DNA of 64,000 nt. Source: Felis catus (Eukaryota). Position numbers and translations under genes: made by a program. Shown one piece after another: positions 14,115-26,737 of the stretch (position 1 is its first letter; each line of letters opens with the position of its first letter). The notes under the pieces are model-generated. The model saw only the letters and a program-made list of their open reading frames with translations, did not search any database and had not been told where the DNA came from. Location of the stretch: the NCBI RefSeq assembly GCF_018350175.1, contig NC_058368.1, positions 34,846,001 through 34,910,000 on the forward strand. The letters are read 5' to 3'.

Positions 14115-14623
14115 GATGTTTATAGCAGCATTATCTACAATAGCCAAATTATGGAAAGAGCCCAAATGTCCACTGACTGATGAATGGATAAAGAAGATGT
14201 GGTATATATATATACAATGGAATATTATTACTCAGCCATAAGAAAGAATGAAATCTTGCCATTTATGATGACATGATTGGAGCTAGAGAGCATATGCTCA
14301 GCAAAATTAGAGAAAAACAAATACATTATGATTTTACTCATATGTGGAATTTAAGAAACAAAAGCAACATAGGGGAAGGGAAAAAAAGAGAGAGGGAGGC
14401 AAATCAAAGGATTCTCTTAACTATAGGGAACAAACTGAGGATTACTAGAGGGGAGGTGGGTGGGGTAGGGGCTAAACAGGTGATGGATATTAAGGAGGGC
14501 ACTTGTTGTGAGGAGCACTGGGTTTTGTATGTAAGTGATGAATAACTAAATTCTACTCCTGAAACCAGTATTACACTATATGTTAACTAACTAGAATTAA
14601 ATAAAAACTTAAAAAAAAAAAAA
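14115..14623 (+). mobile_element. 5'-truncated carnivore L1 (ORF2 end, 3'UTR, poly-A)
   Basis: gatgtttatagcagcattat...gatgaatggataaagaagatgtgg...aataaa plus an A run. Confidence 0.93.
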
Positions 14624-14779
14624 GGACAAATTGGGAGGGCACCACAGTCATATCCAGGCAAGCTATACCAGTTCCAGGAAACCAGAAATTAGTACCCACA
14701 TGTGAAGTTAGGGAAAATGTATCAGCCACTACCTTGATAGGAAAAAAAAAAAAATGACACACTCCAAAGGGCGTAACTG

Positions 14780-15240
14780 AAAACAATTTAATAAAGGCGG
14801 TATGAGCCCTGAGGCTAAGAGAAGTTAAGGGAATAAAAATCAGCTGAAGAAGAGTTATCAGCTCTAGACCTAAAGGTAAATGGAGGGAGTGCTGCTACCA
14901 GAATCCAGAGGAAGCTAGAGCCATGGTAGAGGGACTCCAGAGAGGAGCTGGTACTCTGGAATGCAACCACAGTGGTGCAGTAGAGGAAGCGGCTAGTGAT
15001 ATGCACAGTCTCTTTTCCTTCCTACATTCTGATCTCTTGCCCATGCCTCCCACTGGTAAAATCCATCTGGAAATCAAGAACTAGAGAACCTGGTTGATCA
15101 GTCTGTAAAGGTCAGTCTTCGGTAGCATGAACCAGGCCACAGTAAGGCAAGTAAAGGAGGGGAGACAGAAATGGAGCGTAAGGAAGGAGCAAGGAAGAGA
15201 GGAAAGAGAGAATGGGGACACAAAGGAGGGGTGAAAGGTC
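14780..15240. mobile_element. ERVL LTR remnant (LTR33-like)
   Basis: ttctgatctcttgcccatgcctcccactgg...aaggtcagtcttc resembles the recalled ERVL LTR consensus; family uncertain. Confidence 0.5.
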
Positions 15241-16839
15241 ACCATTAACAAGTCTTGATAACTACAGGCACTATAGTAGACCCTGAGAAGAAACATACTG
15301 TAGGTGGGAAAAGGAAAAACATTTGTCCTCTCCGAGATTTCTGGAATATAAGCAAACAGAGCACTGTACTTGTTTGCATTGTCATATGCTTATTTAGATA
15401 CATTGGTTCTTTTACATATTAATAATGTTAGTGATGATAAAAACAATGAAATAAATTTAAAAAATAAAAGAACTAAACTTATCTAAATATTCTACTTTCT
15501 ATAAAATTCCAGAGGTGTCCACAGAAGGAAAGCTCTTGGATAAAATATGTTTGCATTTGTCCCTGGGCCTTCCATGTGGACTATTACCATGTTCCTTTAA
15601 CTGATATCCCACAGTGTGTTCATTCAGCTTAGAAGCCCAATGGCTCCATCCTGCTGTGGCCTGTCCACACTTTTCCTAGATAGTGTATTCTCTCCCCAAT
15701 CCTGGACAGATTACCCTCTCCCTACCATAAATTTTAGCAACACATTGTTAGAATTAATAGTAAAAACAAAATCATGACCTCAATTAATGCACTTTCCTTT
15801 CGTATTTCCAGGTAAAACTTTCTAACTTCTGATTTAATTTATTTATTTACCGCATAAACTAGTCATGATATATGTGACTCTGTGTTTTAATATTTCTGAA
15901 ATCTTTTTAGTTCTATTAGGATTTGCGATAGGGATGAAAACTGATAAAACTGTAAAAGATTAAAGAATTTAGCAACGTTACTTGCTAAAAAGAAGATCTT
16001 TTTTAATAACTACTTTTTTCCCCTCTCTTTCCAGAAATAACAAACAGAAACAATCAACTAAAAACCCTGCTAATCTAAACCTCTACTACAATATTTAGGA
16101 ATTTTAAACTGAGTCATTAAGAACACTTCTCCATTTCTATCAGCATATGCCTATTCATATATTCATACTTATAAAATATTTAGTGTATGGTGCATATTTA
16201 TTGATAAGCATGAATTTGAGGTAGATATATATTTCCATAACTCACCTAACATGTACACTAATACATCTTTAAAATGTTATTGCTTGTGAAACACTGTTAT
16301 TTCTGAGACAGTAAGCTCTACCTAATTTTTCTGAATCAATTATATTTGAAGAGACCCATGTCTTCTTATATAACAGATGACGAATTCTTGAATATTAACG
16401 TATTATAATCAATATTAATAGTTTTTAAAATTAAAAATGATAACAAGTTTTAAGAATTAAAATTGTCAATATAAATTCTTTGTGCTTTGTTATCTTCAAT
16501 TTTGCTAACACATGGATAGATCAGATTAGGAGCAGATCAACCAAGCCTATATGTGCAGGCTTTTAATTATTCCCTTTTTGGAAGCAAAGAGGGTGTATCC
16601 CTAAACTGAAGTAATGTCATGGAGATCTGTGACCAAAATAGTCTTCCGATAAATAATTCATCATATATCCATAATCAATGACTGATTGGAGACAATACCA
16701 TACCCATCGTGGGTGTTCAACAAGTAGAAAAACTAGTCTCTACTTATAGGGAATGACATAGAGTGAAAGCACAACACATGTGAAGAAGTCAATGTACATT
16801 TATTCCAGTGTGTAAAACAGGCTGCATCAGCTAAATACC

Positions 16840-18130
16840 ACTCATTCATTTAGCCAGTATGTATTAACTGCCTATCCAATTTAGTTCATGATGCTTGATT
16901 TTAGAAATATCAAAATAAAAGAGACATTATGGCTGCCCTAAAAGACCTCTGAATCTGTTACAGAAACAAATATGAAAACAAACAATTATAAAACAACATA
17001 ATAATTGCTACACCAATGATTATAGGAAGGTGCAAAGAGGGAGCTTATGGAAAGAAATACTTAATTTGACTGAGGAAGTCTGTGGAGGTTTCATAGAGGA
17101 GGAAGCATCAGAATTAAGTATTACAGGATAAACACTATTATGCCCAGTAGTAAGCAGTGGTAGGTAAGGCATTCCAAACAAATGAAGCATTTTGTGTAAA
17201 AACATGAAGGAGTGAAAGAGTGGGGCATTTTCAGAGATCTAAAGTAGTTTGGTGTTGTTTAACCATAATTTAGAAAGGAAAAATGACAGGATATAAGTTT
17301 GGACAGGTAGCAGAGGCAGATTGTATCAGATATAGCACTGCCAGTGCCTGAGTGAGACAAGAAAGCAAAAAACAAAACATAACAAAATCAAACAAACAAA
17401 CAAGTAAAACAAAAATTTGTAAACAAGAATAATAGCCATTTACTGTATTTCCACATAGGAACTCCAGGGGGTCTGTGCTGGAAATCTAGGTATCAGCATT
17501 TTCAATATATCAAATGACAGTTGAAATCATGGGCAGGATATGTAAATTACAGGAGCAAAGAGGGAGGCAAACCATAAAAGATTCTTAAATACAGAGAACA
17601 AACTGAGGGTTGATCAGGGGGGCAGGGGAGAGGGGAAAATGGGTGGTGGGCATTGAGGAGGGCACTTATTGGGATGAGCATTTGGTGTTGTATGTAAGCA
17701 ATGAAATCACGGGAATCTACCCCCCAAATCAAGAGCTCACTGTATATACTATATGGTAGCAAACGACAATAAATTATATTTAAAAAAATAAAATAAAATA
17801 AATTAGAGGAGCAAAGTGCAGAACACAGATCTCTTTCAGACACCAGCATGGAGTGCACAGATTGAAAGGGAAAGTTATAATAAATGGTCTGTGGACATAG
17901 GAGAAGAATCAAGAATGAACATTTTCACAGATATCCTGGGAGGAGTAAATTTAAGTACAGAGTCATTAATGGTGCCAAAGGCCAGGGAGGTCAAATAAAA
18001 TAAGGACTGAACATGTGCATAGGATTTGGCAACTGACAGATCACTGCTTGTCTTAATGAGAGAAATTCCCTGTGGTACCAATCTTGTAGTAGACATCTAT
18101 AAATCTGTAGCAAAGAGCAATCTGAAAGCC
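16840..18130 (-). mobile_element. L2 fragment interrupted by L1
   Basis: Starts ctcattcatt (reverse L2 3' end); aggtttcatagaggagg and ggatttggcaac motifs. Confidence 0.7.
17561..17799 (+). mobile_element. Short felid-type L1 3' end
   Basis: agggaggcaaaccataa...aataaa, A-rich tail. TSD aaatta(c/g)aggagcaaag at 17544-17560 and 17800-17816 (16/17 match). Confidence 0.92.
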
Positions 18131-18651
18131 ATGTTTCCCAATTTTAAGAACCAGGGGCATGTAAAAGAAAATGATGTTGCAGATGCTAAAAGCTTAGTTG
18201 TACATATCAAAGTTTAAAGTCTAAATGACTCATGAGTCATATTGTGGAGAAGAATATGTAATAAAATCATTAGTTTTTCCCAGATCAACTGAAACGAAAG
18301 GAGGTAATATCACAAATGGAGATAGGGATGGATACTTTGGAAAAAAAAGAGCCTGATGCGACAGAACCAACATTTAAAAATTACTGAGTCACTAAACTTT
18401 AGATGGAAACCTTGAATAAATTTGAGTCTTCAAGAGATGAAATAGACTTTTACCAGGCTTCTCAGTCCAGTTTTAGGCAAATAATTTCATTCTGGCATGC
18501 AGAATTTTTTGAGTTTGACAATCATATTCACCAAATTTGGTTGCAGTAAAATGAGACAATGGATACAAAAACATATACAACACATTTTAAACTTTAAACT
18601 CTAGTGTATTGGTTAAGAGATAAAATATTTTGAAAACCCGTAGCTACAATA

Positions 18652-18892
18652 CAGTAAAGCCTTGGATTGTGAGCAACTTGTTCTGTGAGTGTTCCCCAAG
18701 ATGAGCAAGCATTTCTAATAAATTTTAATTTGATAAATGAGCGATGTCTTGCAATAGGAGTAGTACATGATGCCAAACATCACGTGATCACAACTGAGCC
18801 AAAGGTTCTTGAAATTCGCTTTGATATATGAGTACTTTGGATTACAAGCACATTTTCAGAATGAATTATGCTTGCAAACCAAGATTTTACTG
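18652..18892. mobile_element. TcMar/Tigger-type MITE
   Basis: TIRs cagtaaagccttggattgtgagca and revcomp cagtaaaatcttggtttgcaagca. TA on both flanks. Confidence 0.88.
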
Positions 18893-19420
18893 TATTTTCT
18901 TAATGTATACACAATATAAAACAATGTAAATGGTGATACCACAAACAAAATTTGGGGGGTAGACAAGTAAATAGCACATATTTATGCAGCTGAAGTTAAG
19001 CTGTTGTTGGAATAAAATAGACTAGTATAACTATAAGATATATTACGAAAGCCCCATGGTAATCACAAAGTAAAACAGAGATACACAAATGATAAAAGGA
19101 AAAGAACCAGAACATATCATTATGAAAAAATCATCAATTTACAAAGAAAAGACAGCAAGAGAAGAAGTAAAGACCAAGGAGCTACAATCCAATCAAAAAG
19201 CAATTAACAAAATGGTAATAGTAAATTCTTACCTTTCATAATTACTCTAAATATAAATGGTTTAAAGTCTCAAATTGAAAGGCAGAGAGTAGCTGCAATA
19301 ACAAAAGGATATGCTACCTGTGTAGCAGAGGTACTTATATCAGACAAACTACACATTAAGCAAAAGCTGTAACAAGAAAAAGTAGGTTATTATATAATGA
19401 TAAGGGGGTCAAATCATCAA

Positions 19421-19448
19421 AAAGATACTACAACTGTGTGTGTATACA

Positions 19449-19491
<43 letters not shown>

Positions 19492-19606
19492 TAAGTTGTA
19501 TAGATAGTTGTAAAGATACTACAACTGTGTGTATACATATATATATAGTATATATATATATATATATATACTATATATATAAAAGATATAAAAGATACTA
19601 CAACTG

Positions 19607-19641
<35 letters not shown>
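19421..19641. repeat. Compound repeat: 3 x aaagatactacaactgt interleaved with (TA)n/(CA)n
   Basis: Copies at 19421, 19512 and 19591. Confidence 0.92.
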
Positions 19642-19644
<3 letters not shown>

Positions 19645-20160
19645 ATCAGAGCACCTAAATATATTAAAAAATATTTAGCCTATCTGAAGGCATATATAGA
19701 CTACAATGTAAGAACAGTAGAGGACTTCAATACCTCATTTTCAACAATGGTTAGAACATCCAGCCAGAAAATCAATAAGGAAATAAAGGGCTTCAACTAT
19801 ACGTTAGACAAAATGAGCCTAAGAGACATATACAGAACATTCCATCTAACAGCAGAAGAACATACTTTCTTCCCAAGTGTTCATGAAACATTCTCCAGGA
19901 TAGATTATGTTAGGTCACAAAACAAGTCATAACAAATTTAAGAAGATTGATACCACATTAACTATCTTCCAACCAACGATAGCCAAGATCAGGAAACAAC
20001 TTTTTTGTGAAGAAACAAATTTTCTTTAATGGATGAATTAGATAAAGAAGATAGTATATATACACAATGGATCGTGGAAGATCTTGGAAGGCATTATAAT
20101 AAGTGAAATAAGTCAGCCAGAGAAAAACATACTGCATTGTATCATTTATAGGTAGAATCA

Positions 20161-20376
20161 TTTTTTTTAATTTTTTTAATGTTTATTTACTTTTGAGAAA
20201 GACACAGAGTACAAGCAGGGGCAGGGTGGGCAGAGAGAGACTGAGGCACAGAATCTTAAGCAGGCTCCAGGTTCTGAGCTGTCAGCACAGAGCCTGATGC
20301 AGGGCTCAAACCCATGGTCTGTGAGATCATGACGTGAGCCGAAGTCAGACACTCAACTGACTGAGCCACCCAGGCT
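20161..20376 (-). mobile_element. CanSINE
   Basis: Reverse-strand body ending ctgagccacccaggc. Confidence 0.94.
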
Positions 20377-20602
20377 CAGTTTCCAAGTGGAATCTTACCA
20401 AAAAAAAAAAAAAAAAAAAGCAAAAATTCAAATTCACAGAAACAGTGGATGCTGGGGGGTGAAACAGAAACAGAGGATGGAAGAAATAGGAGATTTAGGA
20501 TAAAGGTAAAATGTGCAGTTTTAAGAATATATTCTGAGGATTTAATATACAGCATGTCATTGTCATTAATAATATGATATTGTACAGTTAAAATTGCTGA
20601 GA

Positions 20603-20820
20603 GGTGTGCCTGGGTGGCTCAGTCAGTTGAGTGTCTGACTTCAGCTCAGGTTATGATTTCACAGCTCATGGGTTTGAGCCCTGTATTGGGCTCTGTGCTG
20701 ATAGCTCAGAGTCTGGAGCCTACTTCAGATTCTGTCTCCCTCTCTCTCTCTGCCCCCACCCCACTCACACTCTGCTTCTCTCTCTCTCAAAAATAAATAA
20801 ATATTAAAACATTTTTTTTG
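20603..20820 (+). mobile_element. CanSINE
   Basis: Full-length. TSD aa(a/g)ttgctgaga at 20591-20602 and 20821-20832. Confidence 0.95.
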
Positions 20821-23800
20821 AAGTTGCTGAGAATAGATCTATAGATCTTAAGCTTTCCCATCACACACACAAAAGAGAATTAACTATGTGAAGTGATGTA
20901 TGTGTTATCTTAATCCTAGTAATTATTCTGCAATGTATGTTTATCAAATTATCATGTACACTTTAAATATATACAATTATATTTGTTAATTATTCCTTAA
21001 TAAAGTAAAAAAAGAAATAGAACAATGGCCATGATTCTTTAAAGGATGATGGATTATAAAAGTGTTTTTGGATAGGGATATAGGTAAAGTTATCTCAAGA
21101 GTGTGAATAAGAAATTACAAATACCTAAAAGTAAAGCCGCACCCAGAGACTGAGTCAAATGGTATTTAGGAAAGCCTAAGTATTGATTAGATGGTGGGTA
21201 TCAGGGAGTAAAAGGTCAAGGTTTAGTTTTGTTTTGCTTTTGTTTTTTGCTTTTTACATTTTTTTACAAATAAGAGTACATGAATGGTAGTTCATTAAAA
21301 TAGATGCAGTCTGACCGTAGAGCAAAATGTAACTTAAATTTGGTTTCGGACACAGAAAATTACACAAAAATCTACACATAAAACCTCATTTTAAGGTAAT
21401 TTAAATATGTTGAATATTTATATATTCTTTAAAAAGGGATTATATATATATTCCTATATATACCTTAAAAAGATATGTATGAACTCTGAAGATTTGCCTA
21501 CTTTTTAACATTAACAACAACAAAAACCCACAAAAGAATAAACTTCACTTAATAGAAACACTAGCACATAGTTTCTGTAAGGTCACCAATAACAGGCTCA
21601 ACTAAACTAAACTCACATCAATTACGCCATTTTCTAGATAGCTTGGGTCCTTTTTATATTTTATTTTACCTTATCTTTCATTTATTCTGCCAAACAACAT
21701 ATCTGTAATATCATTTCCACAGAGCCACTTCATTTTGAAAGAGGCAAAGAGTCAGATGGGCACATTCATTTCATTGCTAACATTTTCCTCTTAATTCCTG
21801 TCTTCAAATAAGTTCCATAGGGGTTAATTCAGTTGAATTTGAGACAGAAAAGAAAGGCTTCCCAGAAAAGATACCATCCCTCTCCCGCCCTGCTTGAGTG
21901 CTGCTTAGAGAATTGCTAAATTACTCAGATAGAATGCAGAGTATGGTATCATTATTTCTCAGCAATTTAAAAATAAATACGACAGTTAAAGTCTTTGTGC
22001 CATTTTGTTGACCTTTATAATATAAACATTGGGAAATAGAATGTGTGACTATGTTTTAATTAGTCTATTGATAATTGACATTACAGAGGAAGCCAGAAAT
22101 GCTTTTAAAGAGAGATAAAGCAAAGTAGAGGGATTAATATTTTGTTTTTAAAATCTTGTATTATTGTGATAGTCTAAAGAAATTAATATTTTATTTCTCT
22201 AGGTTACCAGGAGAACCACAATTACAGAATTTGATTTTAATGTGTTCACAATTAATTCAGAATATTCAGTCTAATGAGGAGTTCAAATAACATTAATCAA
22301 TCATAACTGTATCTCTTGTTATTTTATCAAGATTTATTTTAAATATCAAGGGAATTCAAGTTAGCCTCGGATTTCTTGAACAACTATAATATCTGGTGGT
22401 GAAAATATGCCTTTTAAACCTTCTACGGGTGATATATAGCTATCAAAGGAACCCAAATATATTCTACTCACAAAATTGAAAAGTCAAATGATATTGAGGA
22501 GGTTTTTTTTGTTGTTGTTATTTTATTTTTAATATTCTGAAGATTCTTTCCTCACAACTAAATTTTTTTTTTGTTTATGAGCATCGCAATAGGACAGAAA
22601 TGTAAACTCATGGTACTAGCTGGTCATTTTATAGAAGTTGTGTATAAGCTGCTACTAATACAAACTCTCAGGAGTCTGCTGTTAAGTCCCAAGTGACCAA
22701 TAAAAACAGTAGCTAAAGGAAAAATTCTAAACGATTAAGAGACATAAATGGAAAGATAATAATAATAACAACACAACAACAATAGAGGGTCCAGGGACAT
22801 ATGAAGGAAACAAGAATGCATTTCTTTTCAATATAGATCTAAAGAAAAAAATTCCTACTAAGTACCCTTCAGAATATGAACCCAATGAAAGAGGAAAAAC
22901 AATAAAATTGATTATGTGGCAGAAGACACTATAAGCAAAGTAAAAATAATAGTAACAAACTGGAAAACATATTTGTATATATTATATCACAGACAAAAAT
23001 AAATAGGCATTAATCTATGTTATTGCTGAAAATGAAACATGTAAAAAAAATTCCATTGACATTACATACCTTTGTGTCATCAGTCACACTTGAGAGAATC
23101 TATTCCAAAGACACCCTGGAAGAAATACAAAATAATTATGCAAAATGTTATTCTTGATGGCATTGTTAGTAATAGCAAAAATTAAAAACAATCCATAAAT
23201 CTATCAATAGGAAATTGACTTATGAGTACAACCACACATTGGACAACATACAGCTGTAAAAAGGAATGAGATGTCCTTTAGTTATGTGGATATATGCTTA
23301 AGTGAAAAAACAAGGCACAGAATAGGATGCAAAAAATTATATTTTCACTTGTACACACTTGTTTTATTTGCAAAAATAAACACTACATCAATATTTGCAG
23401 AAAAATCACTTGACAACTCTAGGCAGACTAGGAACATTTAGGAACCTCCTAAACCTGATAAAATGTATCTACAAAAAAACCTTAGTAATAACATCATACT
23501 TAGTGATGAAAGACAATAATGCTTTCCTCAAAGATCAGAAATACAGAAGTAAAATCTTACCAGTCTATCCAATATTGTACTAAAGACTTTAGTCAATGTA
23601 ATAAGGCAAGAAAAGGAGGGAAAAGGCATCCAAAATATAAAGGAAGAAGAAAAACTATGTAGAAAGCTGGTGGAATCAGTAACTGCTACCAAAACGAATA
23701 AATGAGTTTAGCAATTTTATAGAGTAGTAAGTCAATAGAGTGAAACAAATCATAGTTTTATATACTAGCAACGAATAAGAAAATATTGACATAAAATTAC

Positions 23801-24016
23801 TATTTACAACTGCATCAAAAATATGAAGTAGTTTGATGGAAATCTGACAAAAGTTATAAAAGACCTATACACTGATATCTATAAAATATTGCCAAGAGAA
23901 TTTAAAGGAGCCCCAAATAAATGAAGAAATAATATACCATGTCCATGGGTAAGAAGTCTCGTATCATTAAAATGTCAATTTAACCCAAAATTGGTCTATA
24001 GCTTTGATGAAATCCC

Positions 24017-24195
24017 AGGAACCTAGGTTGCTCAGTTGGTTAAGCCTTCAACTTGTGCTCAAGTCATGATCCTGTGGTTCGTGATTTCAAGCCCCACGTT
24101 GGGCTCTGTGCTGACAGCTCAGAGACTGAAGCCTGCTTCAGATTCTATAACTCCCTAACTCCCTCTTTTTCTCTGCCCTTCCCCAACTCACACTT

Positions 24196-24242
<47 letters not shown>

Positions 24243-24265
24243 ACTAAATAACATCAAAATATTTT
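24017..24265 (+). mobile_element. CanSINE
   Basis: Degenerate head, body, (CT)n and tail. Confidence 0.92.
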
Positions 24266-24299
24266 TTTTAATTCCTATTAAAATATCGTAAGCTCTTGT

Positions 24300-24370
24300 G
24301 TGGGATTCTCTGTCTCCCTCTCTGTCCCTCTCCCCTCTCTCAAAAATAAATAAATATTTTTAGAAAAAAA
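24300..24370 (+). mobile_element. CanSINE 3' fragment
   Basis: tgggattctctgtctccctctct...caaaaataaataaa. Confidence 0.75.
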
Positions 24371-24477
24371 CCCTCTGTATAGGTTTGTCAGATACATACA
24401 CTGCAAATATTTTCTCCCAATATATTATGAGACTTTTCATTCTCATGAATATATATAGAGTGGCAAATTGATTCTAA

Positions 24478-24485
24478 TATATATT

Positions 24486-24551
<66 letters not shown>

Positions 24552-24572
24552 CATACATATATGTATATATGT
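24478..24572. repeat. (TA)n(TG)n microsatellite
   Basis: Read directly. Confidence 0.93.
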
Positions 24573-24872
24573 ACATGAGGGGGATGGAAAGGACTTAGAA
24601 CAGACAGTACAATATTGAAAAAAAAGAATTAAGTTGGAAAATCAACACTGGATGGTTTCAAGACTTATCATAAAGTCACTGTATTCAAGACAGAGTAGTA
24701 ATGTTGTAAAGATAGACAAGTGGATAAATGGGATAAAATACTCCAAAGATAGATCCATATATATACTGATCACTGATTTTTAACAAGGATAGAATGGCAA
24801 GTTGGAAAAAAAAGGATTTTTTTTTTTTACAAATGATACTGGAAAGTAAGTATCCATTAAAAAAAGTTTACA

Positions 24873-25089
24873 GGGCGCCTGGGTGGCGCAGTCGGTTAAG
24901 CGTCTGACTTCAGGTCACGATCTCGCGGTCCGTGAGTTCAAGCCCTGCATCAGGCTCTGGGCTCATGGCTCCGAGCCTGGAGCCTGTTTCCGATTCTGTG
25001 TCTCCCTCTCTCTCTGCCCCTCCCCCGTTCATGCTCTGTCTCTCTCTGTCCCAAAAATAAATAAAAACGTTGAAAAAAAAAATTAAAAA
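24873..25089 (+). mobile_element. Young SINEC_Fc-type SINE
   Basis: CpG-rich. TSD aaaaaaagtttaca on both sides. Confidence 0.96.
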
Positions 25090-25319
25090 AAAAAAAGTTT
25101 ACAATCCCCAATTTGCACCATTTACAAAACTTTAATTTCATATAGATAATAGACATAAAACCTAAAATTATAAAACTTGTTGAATAAAATATAAAAGAAA
25201 AATTATATCATCTTGATATGCAAATATTTCTTAGTTATAATACCAAGAGCATGATCTATAAGAGAACATATTAAGAAAATGCAATTCATCAAAAAAAAAA
25301 AAAAAAACTCCTGTCCTTT

Positions 25320-25529
25320 TTGTTTTTTTTATTTTATTTTTGATAGAGAGAGAGAGACAGAGTGTGATCAGGGGAAGGGAAGAGAGAGCGGGAGAGACAG
25401 AATCTGGAGCAGGTTCCAGGCTCTGAGCTGTCAGCACAGAGCCCAATGCAGGGCTCAAACTTGCAAACTGCGAGATCATGACCTGAGCCAAAGTCAGATG
25501 TGTAACCAACTGAGCCACTCAGGCACTCC
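25320..25529 (-). mobile_element. CanSINE
   Basis: Full-length reverse-strand copy with a degenerate TSD (ctcctg..ctt). Confidence 0.94.
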
Positions 25530-26737
25530 AACCTCCTGGTCTTAGAAGGACACTTTTCAGAGAATGAAAAGTCTCATAATATATTGGGAGAAAATATTTG
25601 CAGTGTATGTATCTGACAAAAGTCTTTGTTTTCAGAATTTAAAGAATTCTCAAAACACAATTAAGAATATCAGCAAGTCAATAAAAAATAGCTAAATATT
25701 TTAACAGAGACTTCACCAAAGAAGAAATATAGATGACAAATTAGCACATGAAAAATACTCAAAAGCATCAGACATTAGGGAAATACAAATTAAAACCACA
25801 ACATTCTACCTAATAGAATGCCTAAACATAAAACAACTGACTATAACAACTGTTTCCAAGGATGTTGAGGAACTGTAACTCTCCTACACTGATGGTGGTA
25901 ATGTAATATTGTTCAATCACTTTGGGTAACAGTTTAGCAGTTTCTGAAAAGTTAAACATGCACATACCGTATAATCTAGCAATTGCACCTCTAGGTATTT
26001 ATGCAAGGAAAACGAAAGCATGTGCTTAAACAAAATGTACACAGATGTTCTCAGCAGCTTTATTTGTAGCAGCCAAAACCTGAAAATAACCTGAATGTTA
26101 ATTGGCTGGAGAATGGATAGAGAAACATGCTATATCCACCCTATGAAACATTCCCCAGCAATAAGAAATATCAGCAGACACAGCAACATGGATCAATCTC
26201 CAAACCAACATGCTAAGTAGAAGTCAAACACAAGAAACTATGATATGACTTCACTTACATAAAATTCTCTAAAAGGCAATACTGTGGATACAGAAAATAG
26301 ATCAGTAGTTGGCTGGCAAAGGGGATAGACACCTGAGGGGGTCTAGTGACAAGGCTCTGGAAGGAGAGATTATACAAAGAAAAGAAAAAAACAAACTTTG
26401 GGAGTGATGATTATGTTCATCCTTTCGATTATGATGATGATTTTGTGGGTACATACATGTCTGGAAACTTATCTGATTTACACTCTACATGTGTCAGTTT
26501 GTTAAATGTCACCTATATAAATAAGATAAAAATGAAAATGACACAGGAGTCCATAAAAATAACTCTTCCAATGGCCAGATATGGAACAATTTGATCATTG
26601 GAAAAAACAATAACTACAATGGATTGGCATATACCTAAATTAACAACAACAACAACAACAATAAAACACCTCATTTGATACTCATTAAAAGAGATGGGGG
26701 GGAAGACAATGGAAAGGAGTCAGCATTTATTCCACAT

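Larger units (their letters stand above)
18590..21010 (+). mobile_element. Fragmented L1 (inter-ORF and endonuclease region joined to an L1MA-like 3' end)
   Basis: ataattactctaaatataaatgg (EN start); ORF 19747-19932 reads DIYRTFHLTAEEHTFF...HETFSRIDY, L1 endonuclease-like; 3'UTR motifs from about 20030. Confidence 0.85.

Noticed and set aside
19421..19607. Repeat-spacer-like pattern suggesting CRISPR
   Set aside because: Mammalian DNA, the spacers are dinucleotide repeats and there are no cas genes.
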